A DNA stretch of 46,827 nucleotides from a virus (lineage: Duplodnaviria; Caudoviricetes), in the IMG/VR virus record IMGVR_UViG_3300042315_000882, positions 1-46,827 of that record. One strand, 5' to 3'. A program made the position numbers and the translations under genes. Within the stretch, counting starts at the first letter, position 1, and every line of letters begins with the position of its first letter. The notes under the pieces are model-generated. The model was given only the letters and a program-made list of their open reading frames with translations, was not told the origin of the DNA and ran no database searches. This document shows positions 18,667-27,458 of the stretch, piece after piece.

Positions 18667-18701
18667 AAAAAGGCCCTTTGCTGTTGCATTGGGCCTTTTT
18701 T
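18667..18701 (+). terminator. intrinsic terminator
   Basis: AAAAAGGCCC...GGGCCTTTTTT inverted repeat. Confidence 0.8.
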
Positions 18702-18711
18702 GATTTATAAT
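18684..18711 (+). promoter_or_regulatory. sigma70-like promoter TTGCAT-N16-TATAAT
   Basis: Overlaps the terminator; ATG 18720 follows after 8 nt. Confidence 0.6.
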
Positions 18712-18719
18712 ATCCTTCG

Positions 18720-19064
18720 ATGACTACAAACATTATTGTAAAACTGCAATACGAAGCTCTTCACAACTGGCCAGGCGTTACAGAAATGCTTCCAAATGAA
18801 CCTTGGATTCACATGCTCAAAGACAAACATAGGCACGTTTTTCACATTACTCTTGAAAAGGAAGTAACTCATTCGGACAGAGATGTTGAAATTATTTTAT
18901 TCAAACAGAGTGTTCTTAGATATTTAGAAAATGTGTTTGGAAGACCTGGAGATCTTGGTGCCATGTCATGCGAAATGCTCGGAGAACATCTTCTAAAAAA
19001 ATTTGAGTGTTCTTCAGCAGAAGTGCTTGAAGATAACGAAAATGGTGCTAAAGTATATAAATGA
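18720..19064 (+). CDS. QueD/6-pyruvoyl-tetrahydropterin synthase-like T-fold protein
   Basis: EALHNW, HRHVFH metal ligands, SCE, EVLED.ENGA C-terminus. Confidence 0.75.
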   Translation: MTTNIIVKLQYEALHNWPGVTEMLPNEPWIHMLKDKHRHVFHITLEKEVTHSDRDVEIILFKQSVLRYLENVFGRPGDLGAMSCEMLGEHLLKKFECSSAEVLEDNENGAKVYK

Positions 19065-19483
19065 TAACTTTTGTTTGTGGTCAGCTCTGTTCCGGTAAAA
19101 CTCACTATTCAAAAGCTCTTGCTGCGTTAGTTGACGGAGTTTTTATTGAGGTTGGAGATATTGTAAGAGAAATTAAACAAACTGAGGATAGAAAACAACT
19201 TCAGGACTCAAAGCATCTCTACGAACAAATTGTTGAAAATTTAATACGAAAGATGCCACTAAGTGACGTCAAGCAGTATATAATTTCAGGCGTTAGACAA
19301 AAGGAAATACTAAAACATTTTCCGGAAGCAACATTGTTGTGGATTGAATGTCCGAAAAAAGAAAGAAAGAAACGCTATAAAGAGAGAGCACGTCAAGGAG
19401 ACGCGATTTCTTTTAAAGAAGCAGAACAAGGAGACGTAGATCTCGGTATTTTAGACGTAAAGAATTATATTTTAAAACTATGA
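19061..19483 (+). CDS. P-loop nucleoside monophosphate/dephospho-CoA-type kinase
   Basis: GQLCSGKT Walker A, GDIVRE, IISGVR, R..RY..R lid. Confidence 0.75.
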   Translation: MITFVCGQLCSGKTHYSKALAALVDGVFIEVGDIVREIKQTEDRKQLQDSKHLYEQIVENLIRKMPLSDVKQYIISGVRQKEILKHFPEATLLWIECPKKERKKRYKERARQGDAISFKEAEQGDVDLGILDVKNYILKL

Positions 19484-20271
19484 AATTTTTTTGCATTCCA
19501 CCAAATAAACATTTAGATATGATGGCCTCCGGCGATTGGTATTTTGCTCTTTGTCATCATTATGTGCAAGATAAAAACTACAGAGATTATTTTCTCAATC
19601 TAAGAAAAACCAAACCAAATGCGTTTATTCTTTTAGACAACGGTGCTGCTGAACACAGTTTGGTTACACAAGACATGCTGCTGAAAGCTACAGAAGAGCT
19701 ACAACCAAACGAAGTCATTGCTCCTGATGTTTTGTTTAACAAGAAGCAAACGCTAAGAAACCTTGAATTATTTATTCAAGAAATGTTTAAACGTAAGCTT
19801 TTAGAACAGACTAATATTTTTGCTTGTCCTCAAGGATCTACAAAAGAAGAATGGCTGGATTGCTATATGCAAATGAGCTTAAATCCTTTCGTAAAAACTT
19901 TAGGTTTGAGTAAAATAGCAGTGCCAAAGTGTTGGAATAACGCAACAGATGACGTAATGATTGGGGTTTCTCGCAATCAATGTGTTAAAGAATTGCACGA
20001 AAACCACATACTCATTAAGCCACTGCATTTACTCGGAATGGGGGAACATGACGAATTTGATTACTATTTGAATCACAAAATTCCACACATTAGAAGCTCA
20101 GATAGTTGTTATACAATACTTGCTGCAATCAATGGAATCAAATTTGAGACAGGAAATATCACAAGAATACCTACCACAAATGCTTATTTTGATTGCGCTC
20201 TGACAGATGAACAACAAAACATCGCAAAGGAAAACATCGAATATCTTAAAACCAAATATAAAACAGTATGA
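19480..20271 (+). CDS. TGT/DpdA-like transglycosylase (TIM barrel)
   Basis: LLDNGA, APDV, PQG, HLLGMG, RSSDS in TGT order; no tRNA-TGT zinc-binding motif seen. Confidence 0.7.
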   Translation: MKFFCIPPNKHLDMMASGDWYFALCHHYVQDKNYRDYFLNLRKTKPNAFILLDNGAAEHSLVTQDMLLKATEELQPNEVIAPDVLFNKKQTLRNLELFIQEMFKRKLLEQTNIFACPQGSTKEEWLDCYMQMSLNPFVKTLGLSKIAVPKCWNNATDDVMIGVSRNQCVKELHENHILIKPLHLLGMGEHDEFDYYLNHKIPHIRSSDSCYTILAAINGIKFETGNITRIPTTNAYFDCALTDEQQNIAKENIEYLKTKYKTV

Positions 20272-20939
20272 ATGAATTATTGATAGTTACATGCACTCGG
20301 TCTAAAACAACAGAAGAGTTTAGTCAAAGGCCAATATACGAAAGCCTCAAAAAACAATGTGAATTAAATCCAAAAACTACGTTTCATATATTTAAAAATA
20401 ACAATAAAGGTTTGTCGGAATGTTATAATGAGGTGCTAAAAGATCCTTCGAATTTAAACAAGACAGTTTTGTTTGTCCATGACGATGTTGTGTTAGAAGA
20501 TTTATTTCTTTATGATAAATTAATCAATAGCCCGTATTCTATAACCGGCCTTGCTGGCGCTAAAACCTTCGATAAAACGTCGAATCGTTTAGCCTGGCAT
20601 ATTTGTGCATCTAAACAAGATTACGTAGGAGAAGTCGCTCATAGTCAAAATAGTAATATTTGGACCACTGTATTTGGACCAACTCGTTCTCGTTCACTCA
20701 CTATTGACGGGTTGTTTATTAGTTGTAAAGTCAAAGATTTGTTAGAAAAGGAACTATTCTTTGATGAAAGGTTCGGATTTCATTTTTACGATATTGCTTT
20801 TTGCTTGAGAGCAAACGAAAAAAGAGTTTCTTGTGGGGTTTTACCGATTCGGGTAATTCATTACGGTCTTGGGGATTCTATGTTGACCCAGCAATGGGAA
20901 GAAGCTAACATTAAATTTAAACAATCTTACTGCAACTAA
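20268..20939 (+). CDS. GT-A/GT2-like glycosyltransferase
   Basis: GLSECYN, LFVHDDV, GLAGA, IDGLF, FDERFGFHFYDIAFC, IHYGLG. Confidence 0.85.
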   Translation: MNELLIVTCTRSKTTEEFSQRPIYESLKKQCELNPKTTFHIFKNNNKGLSECYNEVLKDPSNLNKTVLFVHDDVVLEDLFLYDKLINSPYSITGLAGAKTFDKTSNRLAWHICASKQDYVGEVAHSQNSNIWTTVFGPTRSRSLTIDGLFISCKVKDLLEKELFFDERFGFHFYDIAFCLRANEKRVSCGVLPIRVIHYGLGDSMLTQQWEEANIKFKQSYCN

Positions 20940-20940
20940 T

Positions 20941-21471
20941 ATGGTTTTAAACACCGAACAAACAAAACAACTACTAAATGAGGAAACGACATATGATTGC
21001 AAATTTGCTAAATTTCGCTTTGGTTATGAATTCTTCCAGCAAGAAACTTCTTCTTTTGGTAGCATCTTATGTTTTGAGTTTCCAACTCAACTTGGAAAAT
21101 TTAAATTTCAAAATGCTATTAACATTTGCATAGAACTTCCTAACTACAGTTCGCTAGCAACCATTTGTTTTGAACGTTTATTTTTAACTCAAATTGGTTC
21201 TATTTTGTCGAACACTCTTCAGACAGATTGCTTTGTAAATGAGAATACATTATTCATTGACGAAAAACAACTTTGTGTTACTTTGATTAAAGATTTTAAC
21301 AACTCAGCATTGTTGCATATTACAATCCCAACTGTTACAAAATACAAACAATTTTCTAAAATTGATAAGGTTGATTCCGCTACAAAAAATAAGATTATGG
21401 AAGATATCGTTAACAGTTTTCGTTTTTTAACAAAAAGCATTTTTCTTGAAAGCCAACGCAACATTATTTGA
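20941..21471 (+). CDS. DUF366-like protein (biotin/lipoate ligase-like fold), divergent
   Basis: YD....FGY, INICIE, FERLF, NTLFID.KQL.VTL, LLHI.I parallel the DUF366 pattern as recalled. Confidence 0.5.
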   Translation: MVLNTEQTKQLLNEETTYDCKFAKFRFGYEFFQQETSSFGSILCFEFPTQLGKFKFQNAINICIELPNYSSLATICFERLFLTQIGSILSNTLQTDCFVNENTLFIDEKQLCVTLIKDFNNSALLHITIPTVTKYKQFSKIDKVDSATKNKIMEDIVNSFRFLTKSIFLESQRNII

Positions 21472-21808
21472 TTATATTAACGACATACTTGTCTATAAAA
21501 AAGGAGATCTCACTTTAGATTCTTATGTTCCGTTTTTAATAAATCGGTGGCTTTCGTTCATTAATCCTTTTTTTAACCAATTCGTAAACCAATTTAATAG
21601 TAAAATTTTACTTGAAAACAAAGAATTACACTACAAGATTATGGTTGCCAGTTTTCCTAAACTGAACAGAGCACCGAGAATACACTACGTAAAAAAAAGC
21701 AAAGAAGAACAGAATGAAGAAAGCAAAAAAGTAGAATTTCTCGCAAAAGGTTTGGAAATTTCTAAAAGAGAAGCGTTACTCTTGCTCGGAGAAAGCACGT
21801 CTGAGTGA
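21446..21808 (+). CDS. clamp loader small subunit, T4 gp62-like
   Basis: LFDYINDI..K, YVPFLINRWLSF, LHY, PK..R..YVKK. Confidence 0.75.
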   Translation: MKANATLFDYINDILVYKKGDLTLDSYVPFLINRWLSFINPFFNQFVNQFNSKILLENKELHYKIMVASFPKLNRAPRIHYVKKSKEEQNEESKKVEFLAKGLEISKREALLLLGESTSE

Positions 21809-22252
21809 AGTAATGTCTCCTAAGAATGAATGTACAGATTCTCCTTTTAGAGGTTGTTCTTCTTGGTTGTTGTGTTTTGCTGGATCTTTCCAAGTAACCA
21901 CATACTGCTCTTCGTCGTTAATTTCACTTATTTCACCATTGCTCAATTTACGGAGCATCCAAACACGTTTGTCGTGTTCAAAAGGACTAGAATAAGTTGT
22001 AGCGGAAGCAAGATCCGCACCCGTTCGAGGTTTTAGCGCTTCATTAATAATTTGGTTGAATAATGTTTTAAATGACGTAACAGCCTCTTCTTTTTTAAGA
22101 GTAGCTTTAGGTTTTTTATTAGTTTTCTTTAAATTTTTATCTGCCCAATTTGGTATACCGTCTCCGCCGTCATCTGGCTTTTTATTCTTTTTACCTTCAG
22201 TCAAAATAACATTATAAGCTTGTTCAAGCATAAAGACGTCTTTATTAATCAT
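21776..22252 (-). CDS. late protein, probable head-associated
   Basis: TATAAATA-N5-ATG; MLEQAYNVILTE; DGDGIPNWAD-like segment; internal SFKTLFNQIINE. Confidence 0.65.
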   Translation of the reverse strand: MINKDVFMLEQAYNVILTEGKKNKKPDDGGDGIPNWADKNLKKTNKKPKATLKKEEAVTSFKTLFNQIINEALKPRTGADLASATTYSSPFEHDKRVWMLRKLSNGEISEINDEEQYVVTWKDPAKHNNQEEQPLKGESVHSFLGDITSLRRAFSEQE

Positions 22253-22266
22253 ATAGTTATTTATAG

Positions 22267-22294
22267 TTGACGTGCTTGTATTTCTGTTTAATTA
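22267..22294 (+). promoter_or_regulatory. promoter TTGACG-N16-TAATTA
   Basis: Divergent intergenic region; ATG 22301 follows after 6 nt. Confidence 0.45.
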
Positions 22295-22300
22295 ATCTAT

Positions 22301-22675
22301 ATGTTTCAACCACTGCCAAATGAAGTTAACGGAATTGCAAATTTAGATCCTTATCATAACTGCCCATTGCCAGAAGACTTTGAAATTGTGGAGCTTTTAG
22401 GTGACGTTATTCAAGTAGAATATGCAGATGTTGCCACTGACGGGAAATCTCTAGTACGCAACGGTATTATTTTACCTAACGAAGTTGTAGATAACAAAGC
22501 TTGGAGAATCGGTAAAGTTTTGTTAGTCGGACCAAACACAAAACAAGTTAAGCCTGGACATTATGTTATTTTTCCAGGAGATAAAGGTATTAAAGGAGTT
22601 CAGAGAGGAGGAAAGCTTAATATTTTCTTGAACGAAGAAAGAATCTTTGGTATTTGTCAACCAAGTAATGCTTAA
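22301..22675 (+). CDS. GroES-like co-chaperonin (gp31 analogue)
   Basis: LLGDVIQV, GIILP, GKVLLVGP...VKPG..VIFP, FLNEERIFG. Confidence 0.85.
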   Translation: MFQPLPNEVNGIANLDPYHNCPLPEDFEIVELLGDVIQVEYADVATDGKSLVRNGIILPNEVVDNKAWRIGKVLLVGPNTKQVKPGHYVIFPGDKGIKGVQRGGKLNIFLNEERIFGICQPSNA

Positions 22676-22677
22676 AC

Positions 22678-23064
22678 ATGCGGCTAGGAAGAACAGCACT
22701 CTGGACTTTGCTAAAAACAAATGTAGCAGAGCTTCGATTTTTAAGAAGAATCGAAAAGCCTGGGTTCGGAGACTACAGAAGAATGTTGTGTACAAATGAT
22801 CCAACTTTACTGTTATCAGTTCCAGGAAAAAAAGTTTTGCATTATACAACTCCAGCAAACAGCCTAAAATACGACCCAGCAGCAAAAAACTTAGTAGTTG
22901 CTTGGGATATTTTTATGCAAAATTACAGAATGATTAATTGCAACGACGTCGAAGTTATTGCCGTAATAAAATCATCCCCAGATCCACAACCATTTTGGAA
23001 ATATTTTTACGAAAGATTAGCCCAAATGTCCGCTCCTCAAAAAGCTCGGTTTATGAATACATAA
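22678..23064 (+). CDS. SH3/WYL_2 (DUF2693)-like phage protein
   Basis: NVAELRFLR, RRMLCT, VVAWDI...YRMI. Confidence 0.6.
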   Translation: MRLGRTALWTLLKTNVAELRFLRRIEKPGFGDYRRMLCTNDPTLLLSVPGKKVLHYTTPANSLKYDPAAKNLVVAWDIFMQNYRMINCNDVEVIAVIKSSPDPQPFWKYFYERLAQMSAPQKARFMNT

Positions 23065-23067
23065 ATT

Positions 23068-23400
23068 ATGCACTTAGAAACAGTTTATCCGGAAATTTTT
23101 TTAACTAAAAACCTCCAACAGCTTATGACATTTTATGTGTCAGGCCGCATTATAAAGCGAGGAAGACTTTTGCTTTTTCGGAGGCAACATTATTTTATTC
23201 AGTTATCTCTGTTAAATGAAAAAAATACACGAGAGAATTTTGATCTTCCTATTCCGTTTGATATAGAAGTATATCCCGAAGACAATTTAGCTTATTTTGA
23301 TTATCGCTTAGAAGCTTTGAAAGCAGAAAACTTGCCGTTGCTTCCTAAGAAGGTTTCTTCTAGCTTCTTTAATAAGATTTTAGAAATATCAATAACTTAA
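23068..23400 (+). CDS. hypothetical protein
   Basis: 110 aa ORF continuing the operon. Confidence 0.65.
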   Translation: MHLETVYPEIFLTKNLQQLMTFYVSGRIIKRGRLLLFRRQHYFIQLSLLNEKNTRENFDLPIPFDIEVYPEDNLAYFDYRLEALKAENLPLLPKKVSSSFFNKILEISIT

Positions 23401-23546
23401 TATTTGTAAGTAGTTTTTCCTTTTTTGCTCACATTGGGTTTGAATGGTTGTGACTGATTCCATTTAATTTCTTCGAAATTTTGATTGTAGATCTGTTTGT
23501 TTACTGGTCTCGGTTTTGACCCTTTGCCTGCTTGGTTGGTATTCAT
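23397..23546 (-). CDS. 49-aa basic protein with GKGSKPRP motif (not in ORF track)
   Basis: Hand translation MNTNQAGKGSKPRPVNKQIYNQNFEEIKWNQSQPFKPNVSKKGKTTYKY*; fills the gap exactly. Confidence 0.75.
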   Translation of the reverse strand: MNTNQAGKGSKPRPVNKQIYNQNFEEIKWNQSQPFKPNVSKKGKTTYKY

Positions 23547-23588
23547 TTGTATTATATATTACTTATTTACTTCTGGAATATCAACTAT

Positions 23589-23621
23589 AAAAAAAGAAAC
23601 CCGGCCTTTCGACCGGGTTTC
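23589..23621 (-). terminator. intrinsic terminator after major capsid gene
   Basis: GAAACCCGGTC-GAAA-GGCCGGGTTTC then a T run on the minus strand. Confidence 0.9.
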
Positions 23622-23649
23622 AAAGTTAGCTGTTGAGCTAATACCTGTA

Positions 23650-25110
23650 TTACAGATATGTAGCAGCTTGACCTGGGACGAACGATTGTCCAAGACCTGT
23701 ACAAATCACGAGGTGATAGTACAATGAAGCACCAAAAATGTGATCAACAACACCGTAACGGGTGAGTAGACCAACTCTTGGAGCAAAGTCGTTTGGACCA
23801 ATTGTGCGTTGAACCATAACAGGAATGTATGGGCAGTAAACGATACCAGAATCATAATACTCAGCACCCTTGTAACCAAGAAGTGCGTAGTCGACAGGCT
23901 TCGTACGTTGAGCGTTGTACATACCATTTGGATAGTCTTTATTAGAGGCATATCCCTTGTTGTTCAACTGGGCTTCTGTACGAGTGTCACGATAGATTTG
24001 GAAACGTCCGCCTACAGATCCGACTTTAGCAATACCAACAGGCTGGGTGTTTACGTTACCATTGACTGGCATCCATGTGAAGTTCGGAAGAGTCTCGAGA
24101 ATTGCGCAAATACGAGGTGTAGCAATAATGAAATTAGCAGCACCACGGCGATTGCGGATAGCAACGCGATTAGCTTCGACAACCAAACGATTGTAGAAGT
24201 CGCGAGCACGTTCTCCAGACCAACGACCATCAGCAGAGATAGCAGACCAAGTGGAATAACCAACACCAGCGCCAGCATTGAGACAGACTTGAATCATACG
24301 CGCGATCATCTCGCGGTCGATTTCAGCCTGGATCTCATAAGACATAGCATTGGTAAGCTCAGTATCGATATCGATACCATTCATGTTTTTAAGATCTTGC
24401 TCGAGTTCAACAGACCACTTAGCTGCGAGCCTTCTTGTGAGGGCTTCAACTGCGGTCTTCTCGAACGAAACTGTAATCTGAGGAATCTTTGTGCTCATCT
24501 CAAATTGGCTCATGAAAGCGCCTACACCTTGATCTTCTTCAATTGTATCCCAAACGCCTGGCAGACCGCTGAGAGCGTCTGCTTTAGCACCTGTGAAGGA
24601 ATTGTTAAGGTAGTTGTAACCGATTTCTTTGCCGTTTGAATGAGCTGTGTGAGCTCCTGTTCCACCAGCTGCGCAAGCTACGCCATCGCCGCAATTTGAA
24701 CCGCCATCTCCAAGAGCATCGGAATCATATTTGTAGCGCATAGCAAAAGCAAGACCAACTGGACCAGTCATTGGCTGTACACCAACGATCTCATTTGTGA
24801 TGAGTTCGGGGAATGTACGGCGAATCATTGGGATTAGAACTTTAGGTAAGCGTGCGTCACCAGTAGCATAGTTGTCTCCGGATTGCACAGAAGCCGTAGG
24901 CTGATGTGCTCCGAAAACACCACCGCTGCTAGCTAAATTAGCTTCGCGTAAGCACCACTTCTCTTGGTTTTCCATGAGAATAGCAGTATTCAAGCGTGTT
25001 GTTTCGTTAGAGATTTCTGCAACCTTGTCAGATTTAAAGTCGAGCACTGGTGCCCACTTTTCGACAAGTGTTTGAGCATAATCTTTGTTAATGTGCATTA
25101 GGTTAGCCAT
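23650..25110 (-). CDS. major capsid protein, T4 gp23-like
   Basis: KWAPVL, ILMENQ, GVQPMTGPVGLAFAMR, ELEQDLK, YCPYIP, TRYG; start set at ATG 25110 (MANLMH) after AAGGAG. Confidence 0.97.
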   Translation of the reverse strand: MANLMHINKDYAQTLVEKWAPVLDFKSDKVAEISNETTRLNTAILMENQEKWCLREANLASSGGVFGAHQPTASVQSGDNYATGDARLPKVLIPMIRRTFPELITNEIVGVQPMTGPVGLAFAMRYKYDSDALGDGGSNCGDGVACAAGGTGAHTAHSNGKEIGYNYLNNSFTGAKADALSGLPGVWDTIEEDQGVGAFMSQFEMSTKIPQITVSFEKTAVEALTRRLAAKWSVELEQDLKNMNGIDIDTELTNAMSYEIQAEIDREMIARMIQVCLNAGAGVGYSTWSAISADGRWSGERARDFYNRLVVEANRVAIRNRRGAANFIIATPRICAILETLPNFTWMPVNGNVNTQPVGIAKVGSVGGRFQIYRDTRTEAQLNNKGYASNKDYPNGMYNAQRTKPVDYALLGYKGAEYYDSGIVYCPYIPVMVQRTIGPNDFAPRVGLLTRYGVVDHIFGASLYYHLVICTGLGQSFVPGQAATYL

Positions 25111-25123
25111 AGTTTTTTTTTGT

Positions 25124-25157
25124 CTCCTTTGTTTATTGTGAGTTGAAGGGTTATTTA
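25124..25157 (-). promoter_or_regulatory. late promoter TAAATA (25152-25157) and Shine-Dalgarno AAGGAG (25124-25129) of the capsid gene
   Basis: Read directly on the minus strand; 13-nt A-rich spacer to ATG. Confidence 0.65.
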
Positions 25158-26122
25158 GTGAAACGATTTCCACTAATTTTCTTCATCTCGTTCAGATAGC
25201 CGCTGACGCCTTCACCTGAAGGACTGCTGCGCTCAATCTCATTGTTAAATTGTTTTTGTTCCTCGATGATCTCAGGACGATCAACTTGAGGGGTTTTGAT
25301 AAATTGGTTTTTAACTGATTCCTTTACTTCGTCTACTTCTGCTTGAGATTCTCTTTCAAACATCTCGACTACGTATCCAAAATTTTCATTGATGTAGTCT
25401 GGGGATTTATTTGCTAATAATTTGTTAACAAATTGTTTTTTAGCAGAAGGCATATCGCTGGTTTTTTGTTCTAAAACGATAAAAGACTCAGCTTTAGTAG
25501 TTCTGTTCATTAAGTCAACGTTTTCTTTAAGTGATTCATTTAATTCGTTTCTTAAGGAATCAATTGTTTTCTTGCCGTCAATTAAAGCTTCTTTTACTTC
25601 AGAATCTAAAAATTCTTCAGTTAGACCGACAATTTGTCTAATTTGATCAAGTTGTTTTGCAGCTTTGATGTTCTTGACTGCTTCAGCAATTTGCTCTTTA
25701 GGAAGGTTCTTGTCGATATACAAGTCTAAGTAGTTGGATACTTCTTCGACGATTTTTTCTTGGAAATTTTTTGCTTCTTGGTTGAGGTGATTTTCGTATT
25801 TTTCTTTGACTTGTTGCAACATGGAGCAATGTTTGTCGTCAATTCCTTTGACGAGCTTTTGAAGCTTTGCAGAATGGTCCATGTCAATTGCTTCAACCAA
25901 TTTTTTAAGTTTGTTAGTATGGTCTTCATCGACCTGTTCGATTTTTTCATTAAATTTTTGTTCGAAATTTTCATTTAACTTTTGGGTAGCGTTTTCTACT
26001 TCTAGTTGAATTTTTTCTTGAGATTTTTCTTCAACTGCCTGATTAAACGCTTCCTCAATCACGTTGAGAGTTTCGTCCGTGATCAGATCCTTGAATTGTT
26101 CGCTGAGAATGTTCTTGATCAT
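25151..26122 (-). CDS. prohead core scaffold protein, T4 gp22-like
   Basis: Glu/Lys coiled coil, IEEAF, VSNYLD; between protease and capsid genes. Confidence 0.9.
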   Translation of the reverse strand: MIKNILSEQFKDLITDETLNVIEEAFNQAVEEKSQEKIQLEVENATQKLNENFEQKFNEKIEQVDEDHTNKLKKLVEAIDMDHSAKLQKLVKGIDDKHCSMLQQVKEKYENHLNQEAKNFQEKIVEEVSNYLDLYIDKNLPKEQIAEAVKNIKAAKQLDQIRQIVGLTEEFLDSEVKEALIDGKKTIDSLRNELNESLKENVDLMNRTTKAESFIVLEQKTSDMPSAKKQFVNKLLANKSPDYINENFGYVVEMFERESQAEVDEVKESVKNQFIKTPQVDRPEIIEEQKQFNNEIERSSPSGEGVSGYLNEMKKISGNRFTK

Positions 26123-26131
26123 AGTATAATT

Positions 26132-26293
26132 TTATTTATCTAATTTAGTTGAATTTTTTGAATTAAGGGCAACGTTTACTCGCTGCTTAAGCTTGTCTTC
26201 AATTATTTGCTGGAGAGATTGATTAGCTTGACTGTAATTTTTATCTGCAATATTTGAGACAAAAGTTTTAATGTTTGATTTAGTTCCTTGCAT
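26132..26293 (-). CDS. 53-aa prohead core protein, gp67-like (not in ORF track)
   Basis: Hand translation MQGTKSNIKTFVSNIADKNYSQANQSLQQIIEDKLKQRVNVALNSKNSTKLDK*; TAAATA-N5-ATG; fills the gp21-gp22 gap. Confidence 0.7.
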   Translation of the reverse strand: MQGTKSNIKTFVSNIADKNYSQANQSLQQIIEDKLKQRVNVALNSKNSTKLDK

Positions 26294-26297
26294 AGTG

Positions 26298-26975
26298 TTA
26301 TTTACCTTTCTTCAAGATATTAATAAAGGTCATTAGTTGCTCTTTGAGAAAAATTTCAGTTTCTTTTTTGGGGAGATGAGAAACCGCTGCTTGTAAATCA
26401 TTAAATGCTCTTGCTGATACCTCTGAAATTCTTCCGTCGTTACCAATCATCCATTCTCTGGATTCCAAGATAGATTCCAACATAGCATTTTGTACTGAAG
26501 GTTGGTGAACAACGTCGAGGCATATTAGATGAAAATTTGAGACAAGTTTTCCGCTAGTTGATTCAGCTAAGTTTCCTAATCCTCTAGTAGAAATTCCCAT
26601 TTGTATTTTGTCTTTTACTAAAGACTTAAGAAGCTGACCCATTGGGGTGTCAAGTATTAAAGATTTGCCCATGAAGTAGTTTCCGTTTTGTTTTAATTCG
26701 GTTACTAAATGACAAGCATTAACAGGATTTACTTCTGTCGATTGTGGGTGATTCATTTCTCCAATAGCTCTTCTGGTCTTGATCATATCATTTGTGTAAC
26801 GACCAACTTCGTTAACCATTTCAGATAATTGATATACACGACCGTTCTGATTTTGTTTATCAGCCATCATGTATGGTCCTGTGATGTAATACTTTTGTGG
26901 TTCCTGCCTGTTAGTTTCCTCAACAAGGAATTCTAAAGACTCATGCAGCTCGGTAGTAATGAATTTTAAACCCAT
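26298..26975 (-). CDS. prohead protease, T4 gp21-like
   Basis: NQNGRVY, GEMNHP, LDTPMG, GISTRGLG, DVVHQPS. Confidence 0.95.
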   Translation of the reverse strand: MGLKFITTELHESLEFLVEETNRQEPQKYYITGPYMMADKQNQNGRVYQLSEMVNEVGRYTNDMIKTRRAIGEMNHPQSTEVNPVNACHLVTELKQNGNYFMGKSLILDTPMGQLLKSLVKDKIQMGISTRGLGNLAESTSGKLVSNFHLICLDVVHQPSVQNAMLESILESREWMIGNDGRISEVSARAFNDLQAAVSHLPKKETEIFLKEQLMTFINILKKGK

Positions 26976-27054
26976 GGTTTAGTATTTATTTATCTGTATT
27001 AATAAATTTTTCTCCACATATTACAAATAATTAAAATTAAATATAATTTAGTAC

Positions 27055-27438
27055 ATGATCAGCCGTTGCCCACCGCCAACTCCAACTCCTACTCCTACTC
27101 TACCACCAGTAGTAGTGGTTTCTGATTGGTGTCCATTAAAACTAACTCCTATTAACGTAATCAACCAAACGAAAATAGGAAACAACGGCAATAATTTTCC
27201 GCTAAAGGCATTTTGCAAAATTGCTCAACAACAACAATGTTATTTAGCGTACGAGAGAGGAAACGATCCAGGGACCGATTCTCCTATTACAAAAGAAGAT
27301 ACTGGTTTAATACTAGCTCCTTGTCTTGATGGAGTAACTACTGAATTTTGTTGGTTGGCAATAGAAGAAGATGGAGAAACTCCTTTTGAAAAAGAAGAAA
27401 ATTTTGATTTCTTTTCAGTGCAGTGTATAAAAAAATAA
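27055..27438 (+). CDS. Pro/Thr-rich, Cys-containing late protein
   Basis: CPPPTPTPTPTLPP N-terminus; TAAATA upstream. Confidence 0.6.
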   Translation: MISRCPPPTPTPTPTLPPVVVVSDWCPLKLTPINVINQTKIGNNGNNFPLKAFCKIAQQQQCYLAYERGNDPGTDSPITKEDTGLILAPCLDGVTTEFCWLAIEEDGETPFEKEENFDFFSVQCIKK

Positions 27439-27458
27439 ACTAACTTATAAATATTACC

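Noticed and set aside
18651-18719. preQ1 riboswitch upstream of the QueD-like gene
   Set aside because: No preQ1-I consensus seen; the region is explained by a terminator and a promoter with almost no leader.
19480-20271. Canonical tRNA-guanine transglycosylase (tgt)
   Set aside because: Too short and lacks the C-x-C-x2-C...H zinc site, so left as TGT/DpdA-like without a gene symbol.
23809-24639. 276-aa + strand ORF
   Set aside because: Antisense shadow of gp23, expected from its codon bias; no motifs or promoter.
25111-25173. GTG 25173 start for the capsid gene
   Set aside because: Overlaps gp22 and lies upstream of the late promoter and SD; ATG 25110 fits better.
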